Assembly (NCBI GenBank): GCA_038065295.1
Contig: JBBTRG010000007.1
Location: 1 to 59,528, forward strand
Direction of reading: 5' to 3'
DNA from: Patescibacteria group bacterium
GTDB lineage: Bacteria > Patescibacteriota > Minisyncoccia > JACROR01
DNA: 59,528 bases
Shown here: positions 9,478 to 18,582 of the stretch, one piece after another
Layout of the letters: each line of letters starts with the position of its first letter
How positions within the stretch are numbered: position 1 is the stretch's first letter
Notes under the pieces: generated by a model
What the model was told of the DNA's origin: nothing
The model's database searches: none
The model's input: only the letters and a program-made list of their open reading frames with translations
Made by a program: the position numbers and the translations under genes

Positions 9478-10083
9478 TTATTCCAAAATGCCGTCCAGAT
9501 CCACATCGTAGAGCACCTTTTCCTGGAATAATTTGTAATTGATCAAATCGCCCTCGGCGAACCAATGTTTTATTTCTTTTTCCGCCTCTTCCACCGATCC
9601 CGAGGCGTGAATCAGGTTTCTGACCGCCCGTCCGTCGGCATCCGACATTTGATAAGAATCCAGCACAAAATCCCCCCTGATGGTGCCGACATCGGAAGTT
9701 AAGGGTTCGGTGCCGCCCACTAACTTTCGCACTATTTTTACGGCGTGAGCGCCTTGCCAGACCATGGCGATGACCGGCCCTTTGATCATATATCGTTTTA
9801 GATTGCTCAAAATCACCTCCGTGATCTTCAGGGGGTCTTCGGAAGGAGGATTTAACCCCTTTTTCCTGTAACTTTCAATGGTTTTTTCGCCGGTAATGCG
9901 GCGCCATTCCGGATCCAGCGTGTAATGTTTTTCTATGTGCTCTTCAGTGGGGACGGTAATTTTTATTCCGACCAGTTTCAATCCTATCCTTTCAAAACGA
10001 CCAATGATTTCACCGACAAGAGAGCGCTGAACTCCGTCCGGCTTGATGATGATCAAAGTTTTTTCTTCTTGAAATTTTGTCAT
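9478..10083 (-). CDS. ndk: nucleoside-diphosphate kinase (long form with insertion)
   Basis: TLIIIKPDGVQRSLVGEIIGRFE N-terminus and catalytic-His region NLIHASGS. At 201 aa it is longer than typical Ndk. Confidence 0.85.
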   Translation of the reverse strand: MTKFQEEKTLIIIKPDGVQRSLVGEIIGRFERIGLKLVGIKITVPTEEHIEKHYTLDPEWRRITGEKTIESYRKKGLNPPSEDPLKITEVILSNLKRYMIKGPVIAMVWQGAHAVKIVRKLVGGTEPLTSDVGTIRGDFVLDSYQMSDADGRAVRNLIHASGSVEEAEKEIKHWFAEGDLINYKLFQEKVLYDVDLDGILE

Positions 10084-10187
10084 AGTATTTTATATTTCCT
10101 AGCGAGTCCGCGCGAAAATTTATTTTCGTGACGGACGAGTGCTAGAAATATATAATATGCCGTATCCTTTCATATATTTATACCCGA

Positions 10188-11063
10188 TTATTTAACTAAA
10201 ATCAAATCACGGCCGTTGCTCTTAAAAATTACCCGGCCATCAATATCGTTTCGTAAAATATCGATCCCCGCCGCCTGCAACCTATTTAAAATTTCCCGAT
10301 GGGGATGCCCGTAGTTGTTGCTTTTTCCGACTTGGATAACGGCGTAACGCGGCCTGACCGCATTCAAAAAATATTCTGAAGAAGAAGTACGCGAACCGTG
10401 ATGCCCCACTTTAAGCACCACGGAGTTAAGTTGATCTCCTCCCGTGGCAAGCTTATATTCCAGCGCCCGCTCCATATCACCGGTAAGCAAAAAAGAAGTG
10501 TCGCCGTAAACCAAGCGCGCGGTCAGCATCACGTCATTTACATTCTTACTCTGCAACAATGCGCCGTCTGCGGGAGACAAAATATCCAAATAAACCCCGT
10601 CCGCCAGATGAAGCCGCATGCCGCCATGCCCTTGCCAATACTTAACGCTATTGTTTTTTATGAGACGCTCCCATTCCGCGTATTCGCCAATGGAATGAGT
10701 AGCTCCAGAATCCATGGCCGCGCCTACTCGGTATCTTTTAAGCGTTTCCACTAATCCGCCCAAATGATCCAAATTGGGATGCGACATTATGGCCAAATCA
10801 AGCGAACGATCATAAAAAGGCATAACCGCGGACAATTCGCGAAGCACCGTTTTATTGGGACCGCCGTCCAAGAGTACCTGATTGCCATTAGGAACATCTA
10901 TGAAAATGGCGTCGCCTTGCCCCACATTTAAAAAAGAAACGGTCAGAATCCCGCCGCGGTCTTCCGCCCAAACCGCGCTCCACACCAAAAGAGCCGCCGC
11001 AAGCAGCAGCCCCAAAAAATACCATTGAAAGTTTTGCTTTAATACACCCATTTTTAATGACAT
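10188..11063 (-). CDS. ComEC-type metallo-beta-lactamase domain protein (stand-alone)
   Basis: N-terminal TM then LNVGQGDAIFI...HPNLDHLGG...GHHGS motifs, as in the C-terminal MBL domain of ComEC/Rec2. Confidence 0.85.
   Translation of the reverse strand: MSLKMGVLKQNFQWYFLGLLLAAALLVWSAVWAEDRGGILTVSFLNVGQGDAIFIDVPNGNQVLLDGGPNKTVLRELSAVMPFYDRSLDLAIMSHPNLDHLGGLVETLKRYRVGAAMDSGATHSIGEYAEWERLIKNNSVKYWQGHGGMRLHLADGVYLDILSPADGALLQSKNVNDVMLTARLVYGDTSFLLTGDMERALEYKLATGGDQLNSVVLKVGHHGSRTSSSEYFLNAVRPRYAVIQVGKSNNYGHPHREILNRLQAAGIDILRNDIDGRVIFKSNGRDLILVK
10903..11000. repeat. 98-bp perfect direct repeat, copy 1 (inside the ComEC-MBL gene 5' region)
   Basis: Base-by-base identical to 13210-13307. Flanking bases differ on both sides. 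Confidence 0.95.
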
Positions 11064-12700
11064 TCTGGTTTATTATGTTTTTTCAAAATATATATTTTTT
11101 TGGTCTTATAGGAATCACTGCCTTCCATAATTTTAATAGTTTCATCTGAAGGCGTATAAAATAAAAAGCCGACGCCTTGTTTTTTATATTCATATTCTTT
11201 TTTAAAAAAATCGTATTCATTTTCAAAAAAAGTTATTAAAGCACTGTTGTTAAATACTTCTCCTTCAAATTTCCAGTCGTATTCAAAATTAGAAAGCAAT
11301 TTATTTTTCCAAGAAGATTTGATTTTATTTCCGTCAATCTCAAACTGGTAAGTAATGTTTTTGTCCGATTTCCAATTTCCTGATATGGATTTTATATCGT
11401 CTTTTTCGTTAAACTTTGCTTCGGTAAAACCTAAAATAAACTTCCTCATTTCTAACGCTGTTTTTTCACATCTCTGTTCGGTTTCTTCTTCTTTTTCTTT
11501 CCTTTTGGGAAGGTCAGAAATAGCAGCCCCCACATTTGGATGTGGTTCATTTTGAATTTTTGCTTTGTTTAATTTCTCCATCGCCTCGTTTGCAAATCCG
11601 GCGTCCATTAAACGATATGCAAGATTTGCACTTGCCAGTGTTTCATTAAGTTTTTCTGCTTCCTTATAACTGGATATGGATTTTATTGGCATACTTAAAG
11701 ATTCGTATTGTACGCCGAGATTGTTTTGAACATTTTCGTTATTAGGATTAATTTGTCTAGCGTTCTTATAATGCAATAATGATAATTCTTCGTATTTGCT
11801 TTGAGAATAAGAATACCCCGCCTTAAATAACAAATCGCTGTCATTTGGTTTAAGTTCTAATGCTTTATCAATCACGAATGCTCTATTTTCATAATCTTTT
11901 TCTTTTTCGTATATGTCTGCCAACTCCACATATATTTTTACCCGACTTTCATTGTCTTTAACCCTAGAAAGACCCTTTATTAAAACTTCAATGGATTTGT
12001 CTTTCTCATTATTGCGATATAAAGAAGAAGCATAGTGAGTTGAAGCTAATGATATGTCTTCATCGGAGTCAGAGGTTTCAAGAGCTTTCGTAAAAAACAG
12101 GTTGGCATTTTCAAAATCATCAGAACTTGCATAACAAAATCCTAAAGCAATATTTGCTTCATAAGTAGTATCTTTTCCGTTTAAGTATTTTTTAAGCTCT
12201 GGTATCGCGAAGGTGTCTCCCAAAGTATGGGATAATTTCAAATACAATATTTCGTTTTTCTTTTTAGACAGCTCGTCATTATCAAGTTCTAAAACTTTCT
12301 TATATGCTTTTTCTGCTCGTTCCTTGTCTTTATCAAGAAAAGCAAACATCATTTCGTACCGCCATTCCTCCAATGTTTGAGGTATAAAGGGTTCTTCTTT
12401 TTTCTCGGTTGCTTTTTTCTCTTCTTCGTATTTTTTTTCAGATACTTGTTCTTCTTTTTTAACTTCTTCTTTTTCATCCGTCCCCATATCAATCGTGTTT
12501 TTACCAAGTCCAACTCGTCTTATTTTGGGAATTAACTCGCCAATTTGTTTTCCGAACTTAACTAAAAATATGATAAAGCAAATCAAAAAAATCAATGAAT
12601 ACCAAAAAGCATCTGTGGTTATTAAACTTTTAAAAATCTCGCTTTGCCATAGTGTTGTCGTTTGATTCATAGGAGAAGTTGTTGTTATTACCTGTTCCAT
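11054..12700 (-). CDS. membrane-anchored TPR-repeat protein
   Basis: 548 aa with one N-terminal TM (FWYSLIFLICFIIFLVKF), a K/E-rich linker, multiple TPR-like repeats (e.g. AGYSYSQSKYEELSLLHYKNARQINPNN) and a beta-rich C-terminal domain. AT-rich codon usage. Confidence 0.75.
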   Translation of the reverse strand: MEQVITTTSPMNQTTTLWQSEIFKSLITTDAFWYSLIFLICFIIFLVKFGKQIGELIPKIRRVGLGKNTIDMGTDEKEEVKKEEQVSEKKYEEEKKATEKKEEPFIPQTLEEWRYEMMFAFLDKDKERAEKAYKKVLELDNDELSKKKNEILYLKLSHTLGDTFAIPELKKYLNGKDTTYEANIALGFCYASSDDFENANLFFTKALETSDSDEDISLASTHYASSLYRNNEKDKSIEVLIKGLSRVKDNESRVKIYVELADIYEKEKDYENRAFVIDKALELKPNDSDLLFKAGYSYSQSKYEELSLLHYKNARQINPNNENVQNNLGVQYESLSMPIKSISSYKEAEKLNETLASANLAYRLMDAGFANEAMEKLNKAKIQNEPHPNVGAAISDLPKRKEKEEETEQRCEKTALEMRKFILGFTEAKFNEKDDIKSISGNWKSDKNITYQFEIDGNKIKSSWKNKLLSNFEYDWKFEGEVFNNSALITFFENEYDFFKKEYEYKKQGVGFLFYTPSDETIKIMEGSDSYKTKKIYILKKHNKPECH

Positions 12701-12807
12701 TTTTTTATTACATTATCATAAAAAGACATATATTTCTATATCTCAAATATAAAAATTTCATCTTCAGGTGTGAGTGGTCTTATGAGAACATTTTTCGTCC
12801 GGTTTTT

Positions 12808-13026
12808 TTATTCCGAAAGTTTATTGTTTTCAAACTTTTTAATGAATCTTTTGATGTTTTCTTCCTTTAAAAAGTATCGTTTCCCAGACCTACTTCCGAT
12901 GATAATAGGTTTAAAAATATCAACATAATCCTTTGAAACATACCTTATTATCGTTTTATGGGTATCCACCCAGTATATTTTTTTACTTCTCCAAAGCTGA
13001 TGGATAGAGAGTGGTTTTTTGTTCAT
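12808..13026 (-). CDS. small excisionase/MerR-like HTH DNA-binding protein
   Basis: 72 aa. THKTIIRYVSKDYVDIFKPIIIGSRSGKRYFLKEENIKRFI resembles the HTH_17/Xis pattern (helix-turn-helix, then G..KRYF..EDI..F). Confidence 0.45.
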   Translation of the reverse strand: MNKKPLSIHQLWRSKKIYWVDTHKTIIRYVSKDYVDIFKPIIIGSRSGKRYFLKEENIKRFIKKFENNKLSE

Positions 13027-13154
13027 ATATGGTTTATATCAGATTTGATAAAAAAGTTAAATCTAGGGGGTTCTAGAAGGTTCTGGCAGTGTTTCTCTAT
13101 GTATCCTATAAAGGTATTGTTTGGTTTTTTATAGTATTTCCCGCCTTCTTTTTG

Positions 13155-13361
13155 TTAAATCAGAGAACTTAACTTTGAATATGAATGGGTATATAGCATC
13201 CACACCGTTAAAATGGCGTCGCCTTGCCCCACATTTAAAAAAGAAACGGTCAGAATCCCGCCGCGGTCTTCCGCCCAAACCGCGCTCCACACCAAAAGAG
13301 CCGCCGCCGCCAAAACCGCCAAAAAATAATATTTAATATAGCTTTTTACGGACACGATCAT
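13155..13361 (-). pseudogene. truncated duplicate of the 5' end of the ComEC-MBL gene
   Basis: Encodes MIVSVKSYIKYYFLAVLAAAALLVWSAVWAEDRGGILTVSFLNVGQGDAI, then runs into island sequence and stops. The identical peptide segment occurs in ORF 10188..11063. Confidence 0.8.
13210..13307. repeat. 98-bp perfect direct repeat, copy 2
   Basis: Identical to 10903-11000. Confidence 0.95.
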
Positions 13362-13435
13362 AAACTAAAATCCAAATCATTATAATGCGCCTGTTTTTGG
13401 ATTATAATATAAACGGTTAATAACTAAAACAAAAT

Positions 13436-13909
13436 ATGGAAGATAAAAATAAATTCATGGAAGAAGCTATACGCCTATCCATAAATAATGTAGCGTCAGG
13501 CAAGGGCGGTCCCTTCGGAGCAGTCGTGGTCAAAAGCGGAAAAATCATAGGAAAAGGGGTCAACAGCGTAACATCGACCAACGACCCCACGGCACACGCC
13601 GAGGTAGTCGCCATCCGCGACGCTTGCCGAACTCTCGGCAGTTTCCAACTGGACGGATGCGAACTTTTCACCAGTTGCGAGCCGTGCCCCATGTGCGTGG
13701 GAGCGATTTACTGGGCGCGGCCGGAAAAAGTTTATTACGGCAACACTGCCGAGGATGCTGCGGCCATCGGCTTTGACGACCAATTTATTTGCGAAGAATT
13801 AAACAAGGAAAAAACCGCGCGCCTTATTCCCATGATCCAGATGATGCGGGAAGAATCCCAAGAGGCATTTCGCGCCTGGAAAGCAAAAACCGATAAAATA
13901 GAATATTAA
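13436..13909 (+). CDS. guaD: guanine deaminase (CDA-fold, GuaD-like)
   Basis: GGPFGAVVVK, HAEVVAIR and CEPCPMCVGAIYWAR zinc motifs. Full-length resemblance to the B. subtilis GuaD architecture (C-terminal ...AFRAWKAKTDKIEY). Confidence 0.8.
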   Translation: MEDKNKFMEEAIRLSINNVASGKGGPFGAVVVKSGKIIGKGVNSVTSTNDPTAHAEVVAIRDACRTLGSFQLDGCELFTSCEPCPMCVGAIYWARPEKVYYGNTAEDAAAIGFDDQFICEELNKEKTARLIPMIQMMREESQEAFRAWKAKTDKIEY

Positions 13910-15414
13910 TCTCCGGCCAATGCGGCCAAAAATTTGTTTTTCCAGTTGCGCAACTGCGGCATAAACACAAAAACCGCCAAACTGGCATAAGCCGCGACAA
14001 GCCACCATGCGGAAAAATCGGAAATCGTAAAACCGGCTCCGGGCAAAGCGGAAAAAAAGTGAACCACGCCCAACTCATAATTTAAAAGCAGCCACGCCAT
14101 CCACGCGAAGGGCAAACTTAAAACATAGCTAAAAATTCCGGCCGCCCACGCCATAAAACCGAAAAACATGGTCGCGGGAACAAACATCAAAACCAAAATA
14201 TTAACCGGCAAAGCAAACGGCGAAACATTGCCGGTCAAATGCAAAATGAGCGGCAAAACGGCAAGCTGCGCGGATAAAGTAGCCGAAACATTGTCGCGAA
14301 ACCCCCACTTCTCCGGCAAAAATCCGACCAAGCCCTTGAGACGCGGCGCCACGAATATCAGACCCAAAGTGGCCAAAAACGACAACTGAAAAGACGGATC
14401 AAACCGCAAAATTTTGGGGTTTTGCAACACCATAAAAAATCCCGCGAATAAAAGCGCCGCGGTAACCTCATAAACTCTGCCCGTGGAGCGGGCGATGAGC
14501 ACCAAAATAGCCATAATGGACGCGCGGACGATGGTCGCCGAAGCTCCGGTCATAATCGCGAAAAAAATTATCCCAAAAATACTGGCTCCGATCCCCACAC
14601 CGAACGGCAAAGGCAAAAATTTCATCATGCGGCCTATATTTTCCGCGATAATCGTGATGTTATAACCGGATAAAACCACCAAGTGAATGATACCGGATTT
14701 TTTAAATTCTTCCAGCACATCCCCAGGCATGCTTTTCTTGGCGCCAATGGTAAGACCCGCCAGGAAACTTGCGTGCGGCTCCGGCAAGGCGCGGGACAAA
14801 CTATCCGTAAAATTTTTCTTAAGCGCAAAAAGTTTTTCTTTAACCCAAAACCCGCCATCGCCCAAGCGCTCAACGCGCGGAGAAAACATTTCTAAAAATA
14901 TATCATCTTTCGCCAGATAATTTTCCCAGTCAAAATCCGAAAAATTCTCTGGCTTTTGGAGCGCGCCATGCACTTCCAAAACATCGCCATAGCTGAATTC
15001 CGGATATTTTTTAACATACAAAAGCATTTTTTCTCCCGCAATTTCGCGCCACGCGCTTCCGTCGTAAATGCTCTCCGCCCGAAAAATCAGACGCGTAGTA
15101 TTTTCCCGTTCATCCGGCTCTCCCAAAATCATACCCCGTAAAGAAACTTGCCGCGACGTAAAATCCGCGATCATCGGCGACAAAATACCGGCATCTTTGA
15201 CATCATAACGAATAATCCCCGAACAAAAAGAAAGCGTTAATAGGCCAAAAACTAAAAATATCCGCTTTTGCTCCGCCAAATAAGCGGAAAAGAGCGCTGC
15301 CACGCCAAGTAGCCCCACAAACGCGACAAAACCCAACGACCACGCAAAAAAAGAGCGCAAAAACACGCCCCCTAAAAATCCTCCGATTACCAACACCAAA
15401 ACATTGAACCGCAT
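13906..15414 (-). CDS. comEC: ComEC/Rec2 DNA internalisation channel (DUF4131 + competence domain, no MBL domain)
   Basis: Multi-TM protein with the HLVVLSGYNITII competence-domain motif. Start taken at MRFNVLVLV, immediately after the rnhA stop. Confidence 0.85.
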   Translation of the reverse strand: MRFNVLVLVIGGFLGGVFLRSFFAWSLGFVAFVGLLGVAALFSAYLAEQKRIFLVFGLLTLSFCSGIIRYDVKDAGILSPMIADFTSRQVSLRGMILGEPDERENTTRLIFRAESIYDGSAWREIAGEKMLLYVKKYPEFSYGDVLEVHGALQKPENFSDFDWENYLAKDDIFLEMFSPRVERLGDGGFWVKEKLFALKKNFTDSLSRALPEPHASFLAGLTIGAKKSMPGDVLEEFKKSGIIHLVVLSGYNITIIAENIGRMMKFLPLPFGVGIGASIFGIIFFAIMTGASATIVRASIMAILVLIARSTGRVYEVTAALLFAGFFMVLQNPKILRFDPSFQLSFLATLGLIFVAPRLKGLVGFLPEKWGFRDNVSATLSAQLAVLPLILHLTGNVSPFALPVNILVLMFVPATMFFGFMAWAAGIFSYVLSLPFAWMAWLLLNYELGVVHFFSALPGAGFTISDFSAWWLVAAYASLAVFVFMPQLRNWKNKFLAALAGD

Positions 15415-15421
15415 AATAACG

Positions 15422-15883
15422 CTACCCAAACATTCCTCCGCCGCCGGCTTCGCGATCCAGCGTCTCATTTACCATTCGATCCGCGTCTTTGTTTTTGTCG
15501 CGTGTGATGTGGCGGACAACAACGCCCCCCAGTTCAATTTTCAAATTCCAGACTTTTATGAAAAGCGGCTGCAGCTTTTCATCCTCTATTTTATATCTGC
15601 CGCTTAACTGACGCTCCACCAATTCGCTGTCCGTATGCAAAATTATTTCCGCGGCTTTCGCGCTTTTCTTTCCCAAAAGCTGTTTGGCTTTTTTCAGGGC
15701 GAAAATTATCGCTTCATATTCCGCTTCATTGTTGGTTTTAATCCCCAGATATTCTCCATATTCCTTGATCAGGCGCCCTTCGGCATCACAGAACACCGCG
15801 CCCAGCGCAGCAGGTCCCGGATTACCGCGCGCTCCCCCATCCGTATAAATATTTATTTTGTTTTTTGTATGATCCATCATCAT
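15422..15883 (-). CDS. rnhA: ribonuclease HI
   Basis: IYTDGGARGNPGPAALG, NNEAEYEA, TDSELV and DADRMVN motifs supply the DEDD catalytic residues of type-1 RNase H. Confidence 0.85.
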   Translation of the reverse strand: MMMDHTKNKINIYTDGGARGNPGPAALGAVFCDAEGRLIKEYGEYLGIKTNNEAEYEAIIFALKKAKQLLGKKSAKAAEIILHTDSELVERQLSGRYKIEDEKLQPLFIKVWNLKIELGGVVVRHITRDKNKDADRMVNETLDREAGGGGMFG

Positions 15884-15886
15884 AAA

Positions 15887-17626
15887 TTAATTTATTTTAT
15901 AATCCACCGCGCGAAGCCTTAATTCTTCCGTGCCATTAAAACGGGACATTTCCACATTGGCCAGCAAATCCACCAGCAATCCTTCGCCCTGCTCAAAAAA
16001 TTTCGCGTCTTTGCCGCGCCAAAAAGCAATCGCGTTTAATTCTCCGCCGCTTAAATTATGAAACGACAATTTCAGATGCAATCCGTCTTTGCCGAAAACT
16101 CCCACATGCTTCAAAGCTAGATTTTTTAACCAAAATACTGGCTTGGGATTCTCCATGCCAAATGGCTCAAACCGATCCAGCCCGCCTAACAGTTCGCGTC
16201 CCACATCCGATATGGCCAATTCTGCGTCGGCCAGCATGTCTTCGCCCGCTCCCGGCTGGCGAGGAGCTTTTTTTGCGGCCTCCGCAATTGCTTTCTCAAA
16301 TTGACCGGCTTTATCCGTTGCCAGACTAAATCCGCCCGCGGCATGATGCCCGCCAAAATCCAAAAAAAATCCTTCCTGGACATTCCGCATGATCTCCACC
16401 ACGCTGATTTCCCCGCGACTGCGCGCCGAACCTTTTACAGTTTCGGATTCTTCCCCCTGTCCCCACAAAAAAACCGGACGCGAATACATTTCCAAAACCC
16501 GGTTCGCGGTTATCCCCAAAACTCCGGGATGCCACGACGCATCCCCCATAATGATAACGTCCGGCACGGGAGATCCTTCCGGATACTTTGCGCGAATGTC
16601 CCGCAAAACCAAATCCACAAAATGTGCCTGTTCCGTCTTGGTGGAAACCATCCTGTCCACCAACCAATGCGCTTTCTCGTACGAATCGGTGGTTAACAAT
16701 TCAAAACTGGTGGTGTCGTTACCCATACGGCTGGCGGCGTTTATATAAGGAGCTACAGAGAAAGCCACATCTTCCGCGGTTAAATGTTCACCATCAATCC
16801 GCAACTTTTTAAAAAGCACGGTAAGCCCCACTCGCCTGGTTTTCCGCAAAACCTTCAGTCCGAAATGTACCAGTGCGCGGTTTTCATCCAAAAGCGGCAC
16901 CATATCCGCCACCGTGGCAATCGCCGCAACATCCAACAGCCACTTTTCCCAGCCCTCCGGCAAATCAAAATTATCTTTACGCAATATCGCTTTGACTGTT
17001 TTAAACGCCATACCAGCGCCGCATAAAAATTTAAAAGGATAAGTTTCCGTTTCTTTCTTGGCATCAATAATGGCAAAAGCGTTGGGCCAGCGCGGAGGAA
17101 CAATATGATGGTCAATTATTATAGCATCAATGCCAAGCGAATTCAGGCGCTCAACTTCATCAAAATTAGTAACCCCGCAATCCACCGTGATAACCACCGC
17201 GGGATTTTCTTTGATTATAGCCTCCACGGCAACGGCAGAAAGCCCGTAACCTTCCTTATACCGGTCAGGAATATAAACACGGAAATTCGCGTAGCCTATC
17301 TGCACGAACAAATCAGAAAAAATCGTGGCTCCGCAAACTCCATCCGCATCATAATCACCGAACACCACTATGCGTTCACCGCCTCTTATAGCCTTTATAA
17401 TCCTTGTCGCGGCTTTTTCCATGTCCCGCAACAAAAAGGGATCGTGTAAATCTTTTTCATAATCAGGCGAAAAAAAATTTGCCTTATCCGCCGCACTTTT
17501 TATTCCGCGACTAAAAAGAAGGGAAGAGCTGACGCGATCTTCGCCTGGAAAAATATTAATAGCGTCTTCCGGCAAGGATTCTTTTAACGCCCATTTTTTA
17601 CCAGTAATGATTCCGGCATCCGACAT
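15887..17626 (-). CDS. recJ: single-stranded-DNA-specific exonuclease RecJ
   Basis: DHH-family motifs VVFGDYDADGV, ITVDCG and IIIDHH, plus a DHHA1 GGHHAAGG motif. ATG at 17626 preferred over the track's TTG at 17662. Confidence 0.9.
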   Translation of the reverse strand: MSDAGIITGKKWALKESLPEDAINIFPGEDRVSSSLLFSRGIKSAADKANFFSPDYEKDLHDPFLLRDMEKAATRIIKAIRGGERIVVFGDYDADGVCGATIFSDLFVQIGYANFRVYIPDRYKEGYGLSAVAVEAIIKENPAVVITVDCGVTNFDEVERLNSLGIDAIIIDHHIVPPRWPNAFAIIDAKKETETYPFKFLCGAGMAFKTVKAILRKDNFDLPEGWEKWLLDVAAIATVADMVPLLDENRALVHFGLKVLRKTRRVGLTVLFKKLRIDGEHLTAEDVAFSVAPYINAASRMGNDTTSFELLTTDSYEKAHWLVDRMVSTKTEQAHFVDLVLRDIRAKYPEGSPVPDVIIMGDASWHPGVLGITANRVLEMYSRPVFLWGQGEESETVKGSARSRGEISVVEIMRNVQEGFFLDFGGHHAAGGFSLATDKAGQFEKAIAEAAKKAPRQPGAGEDMLADAELAISDVGRELLGGLDRFEPFGMENPKPVFWLKNLALKHVGVFGKDGLHLKLSFHNLSGGELNAIAFWRGKDAKFFEQGEGLLVDLLANVEMSRFNGTEELRLRAVDYKIN

Positions 17627-17706
17627 ATTTACATAGTCTAACAGAATAACCTTAACAGCCAAAATTAAGTGTATTATAATAAGATAACGGTTAAAATAGA
17701 AATTTT

Positions 17707-18579
17707 ATGGAAATCATACGCCAAGCTTTTCACGACAAAAAAACAAAAATCTATCACATATTTAACGATATTCTTGGCGTATTGATTTTTTTGTCCGTCA
17801 TAATCATAGTGCTGGAATCGGTGGCGCCACTGGAAACCGCATACCGCCCCTGGTTTGTTATGGCGGAAATGGCGTTCGTCACCATATTTTCCCTGGAATA
17901 TCTGCTAAGAATATATTATGCGGAAGATAAATTAAAATATATATTTAGTCCCTTGGGTCTAGTAGATTTTCTAGCGATACTGCCGAGCTATCTTTTTTTT
18001 ACCGCCCCTCTTCTGTTTGATTTCAGTTCGCTCCGCGCCATCCGGGCTTTCCGCATGCTTCGCCTATTCCGGCTTTTTCGGATATTTAAAATAATCTCTT
18101 ATGCCCAAAAAAACCGCAAAGACACCACTTCGGTGCTTCGCCACATCCCCTGGTATCACATAGAAATTTATCTTTTTGCCTTATTTTCCGTAGTGGTTAT
18201 ATCCGGAACGCTAATGTATTTGGCGGAATACCATATGCCGCAAACTCCTTTTACCAACATTCCGCAGGGACTTTGGTGGGCGGTAGTGACCATAACCACG
18301 GTTGGCTACGGAGATATGGTGCCGGCAACCGTATTGGGAAAATTAATCGCCGTACTGACCATGATCAGCGGTCTTACGCTCTTCGCGCTGCTCATTACCG
18401 TCATGGGAAAAATAGTGCACAGCAAACTTTTCGGAACCGCGCCCAAAGGCTTCGCCTATCCGATAAATTTTGAAGAATGGGACACTGCTCAAGAAAATCT
18501 TCAAGCCCAAAAACAAAGTCCCGCCAACATAACACGGGAAAACAAATTCCACATACTACAGGAACAGGAAGATAAATAA
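17707..18579 (+). CDS. voltage-gated potassium channel (6-TM Kv type)
   Basis: S4 segment RAIRAFRMLRLFRLFRIFK with Arg at every third position; selectivity filter TTVGYGD. Confidence 0.85.
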   Translation: MEIIRQAFHDKKTKIYHIFNDILGVLIFLSVIIIVLESVAPLETAYRPWFVMAEMAFVTIFSLEYLLRIYYAEDKLKYIFSPLGLVDFLAILPSYLFFTAPLLFDFSSLRAIRAFRMLRLFRLFRIFKIISYAQKNRKDTTSVLRHIPWYHIEIYLFALFSVVVISGTLMYLAEYHMPQTPFTNIPQGLWWAVVTITTVGYGDMVPATVLGKLIAVLTMISGLTLFALLITVMGKIVHSKLFGTAPKGFAYPINFEEWDTAQENLQAQKQSPANITRENKFHILQEQEDK

Positions 18580-18582
18580 TTT

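Larger units (their letters stand above)
11001..13209. mobile_element. low-GC insertion/island bounded by the 98-bp direct repeats
   Basis: Sampled 60-nt lines inside contain roughly 23-32% G+C versus about 55% in a sampled flanking line. Carries a TPR gene and a small excisionase-like HTH gene; no recombinase. Confidence 0.6.

Noticed and set aside
10084-10187. Inverted repeat gtccgcgcgaaaat-tt-attttcgtgacggac between the ComEC-MBL stop and the ndk start, as a terminator or operator.
   Set aside because: The stem is real but imperfect, has no U-tract, and I had nothing to compare it with. I noted it but did not call it.
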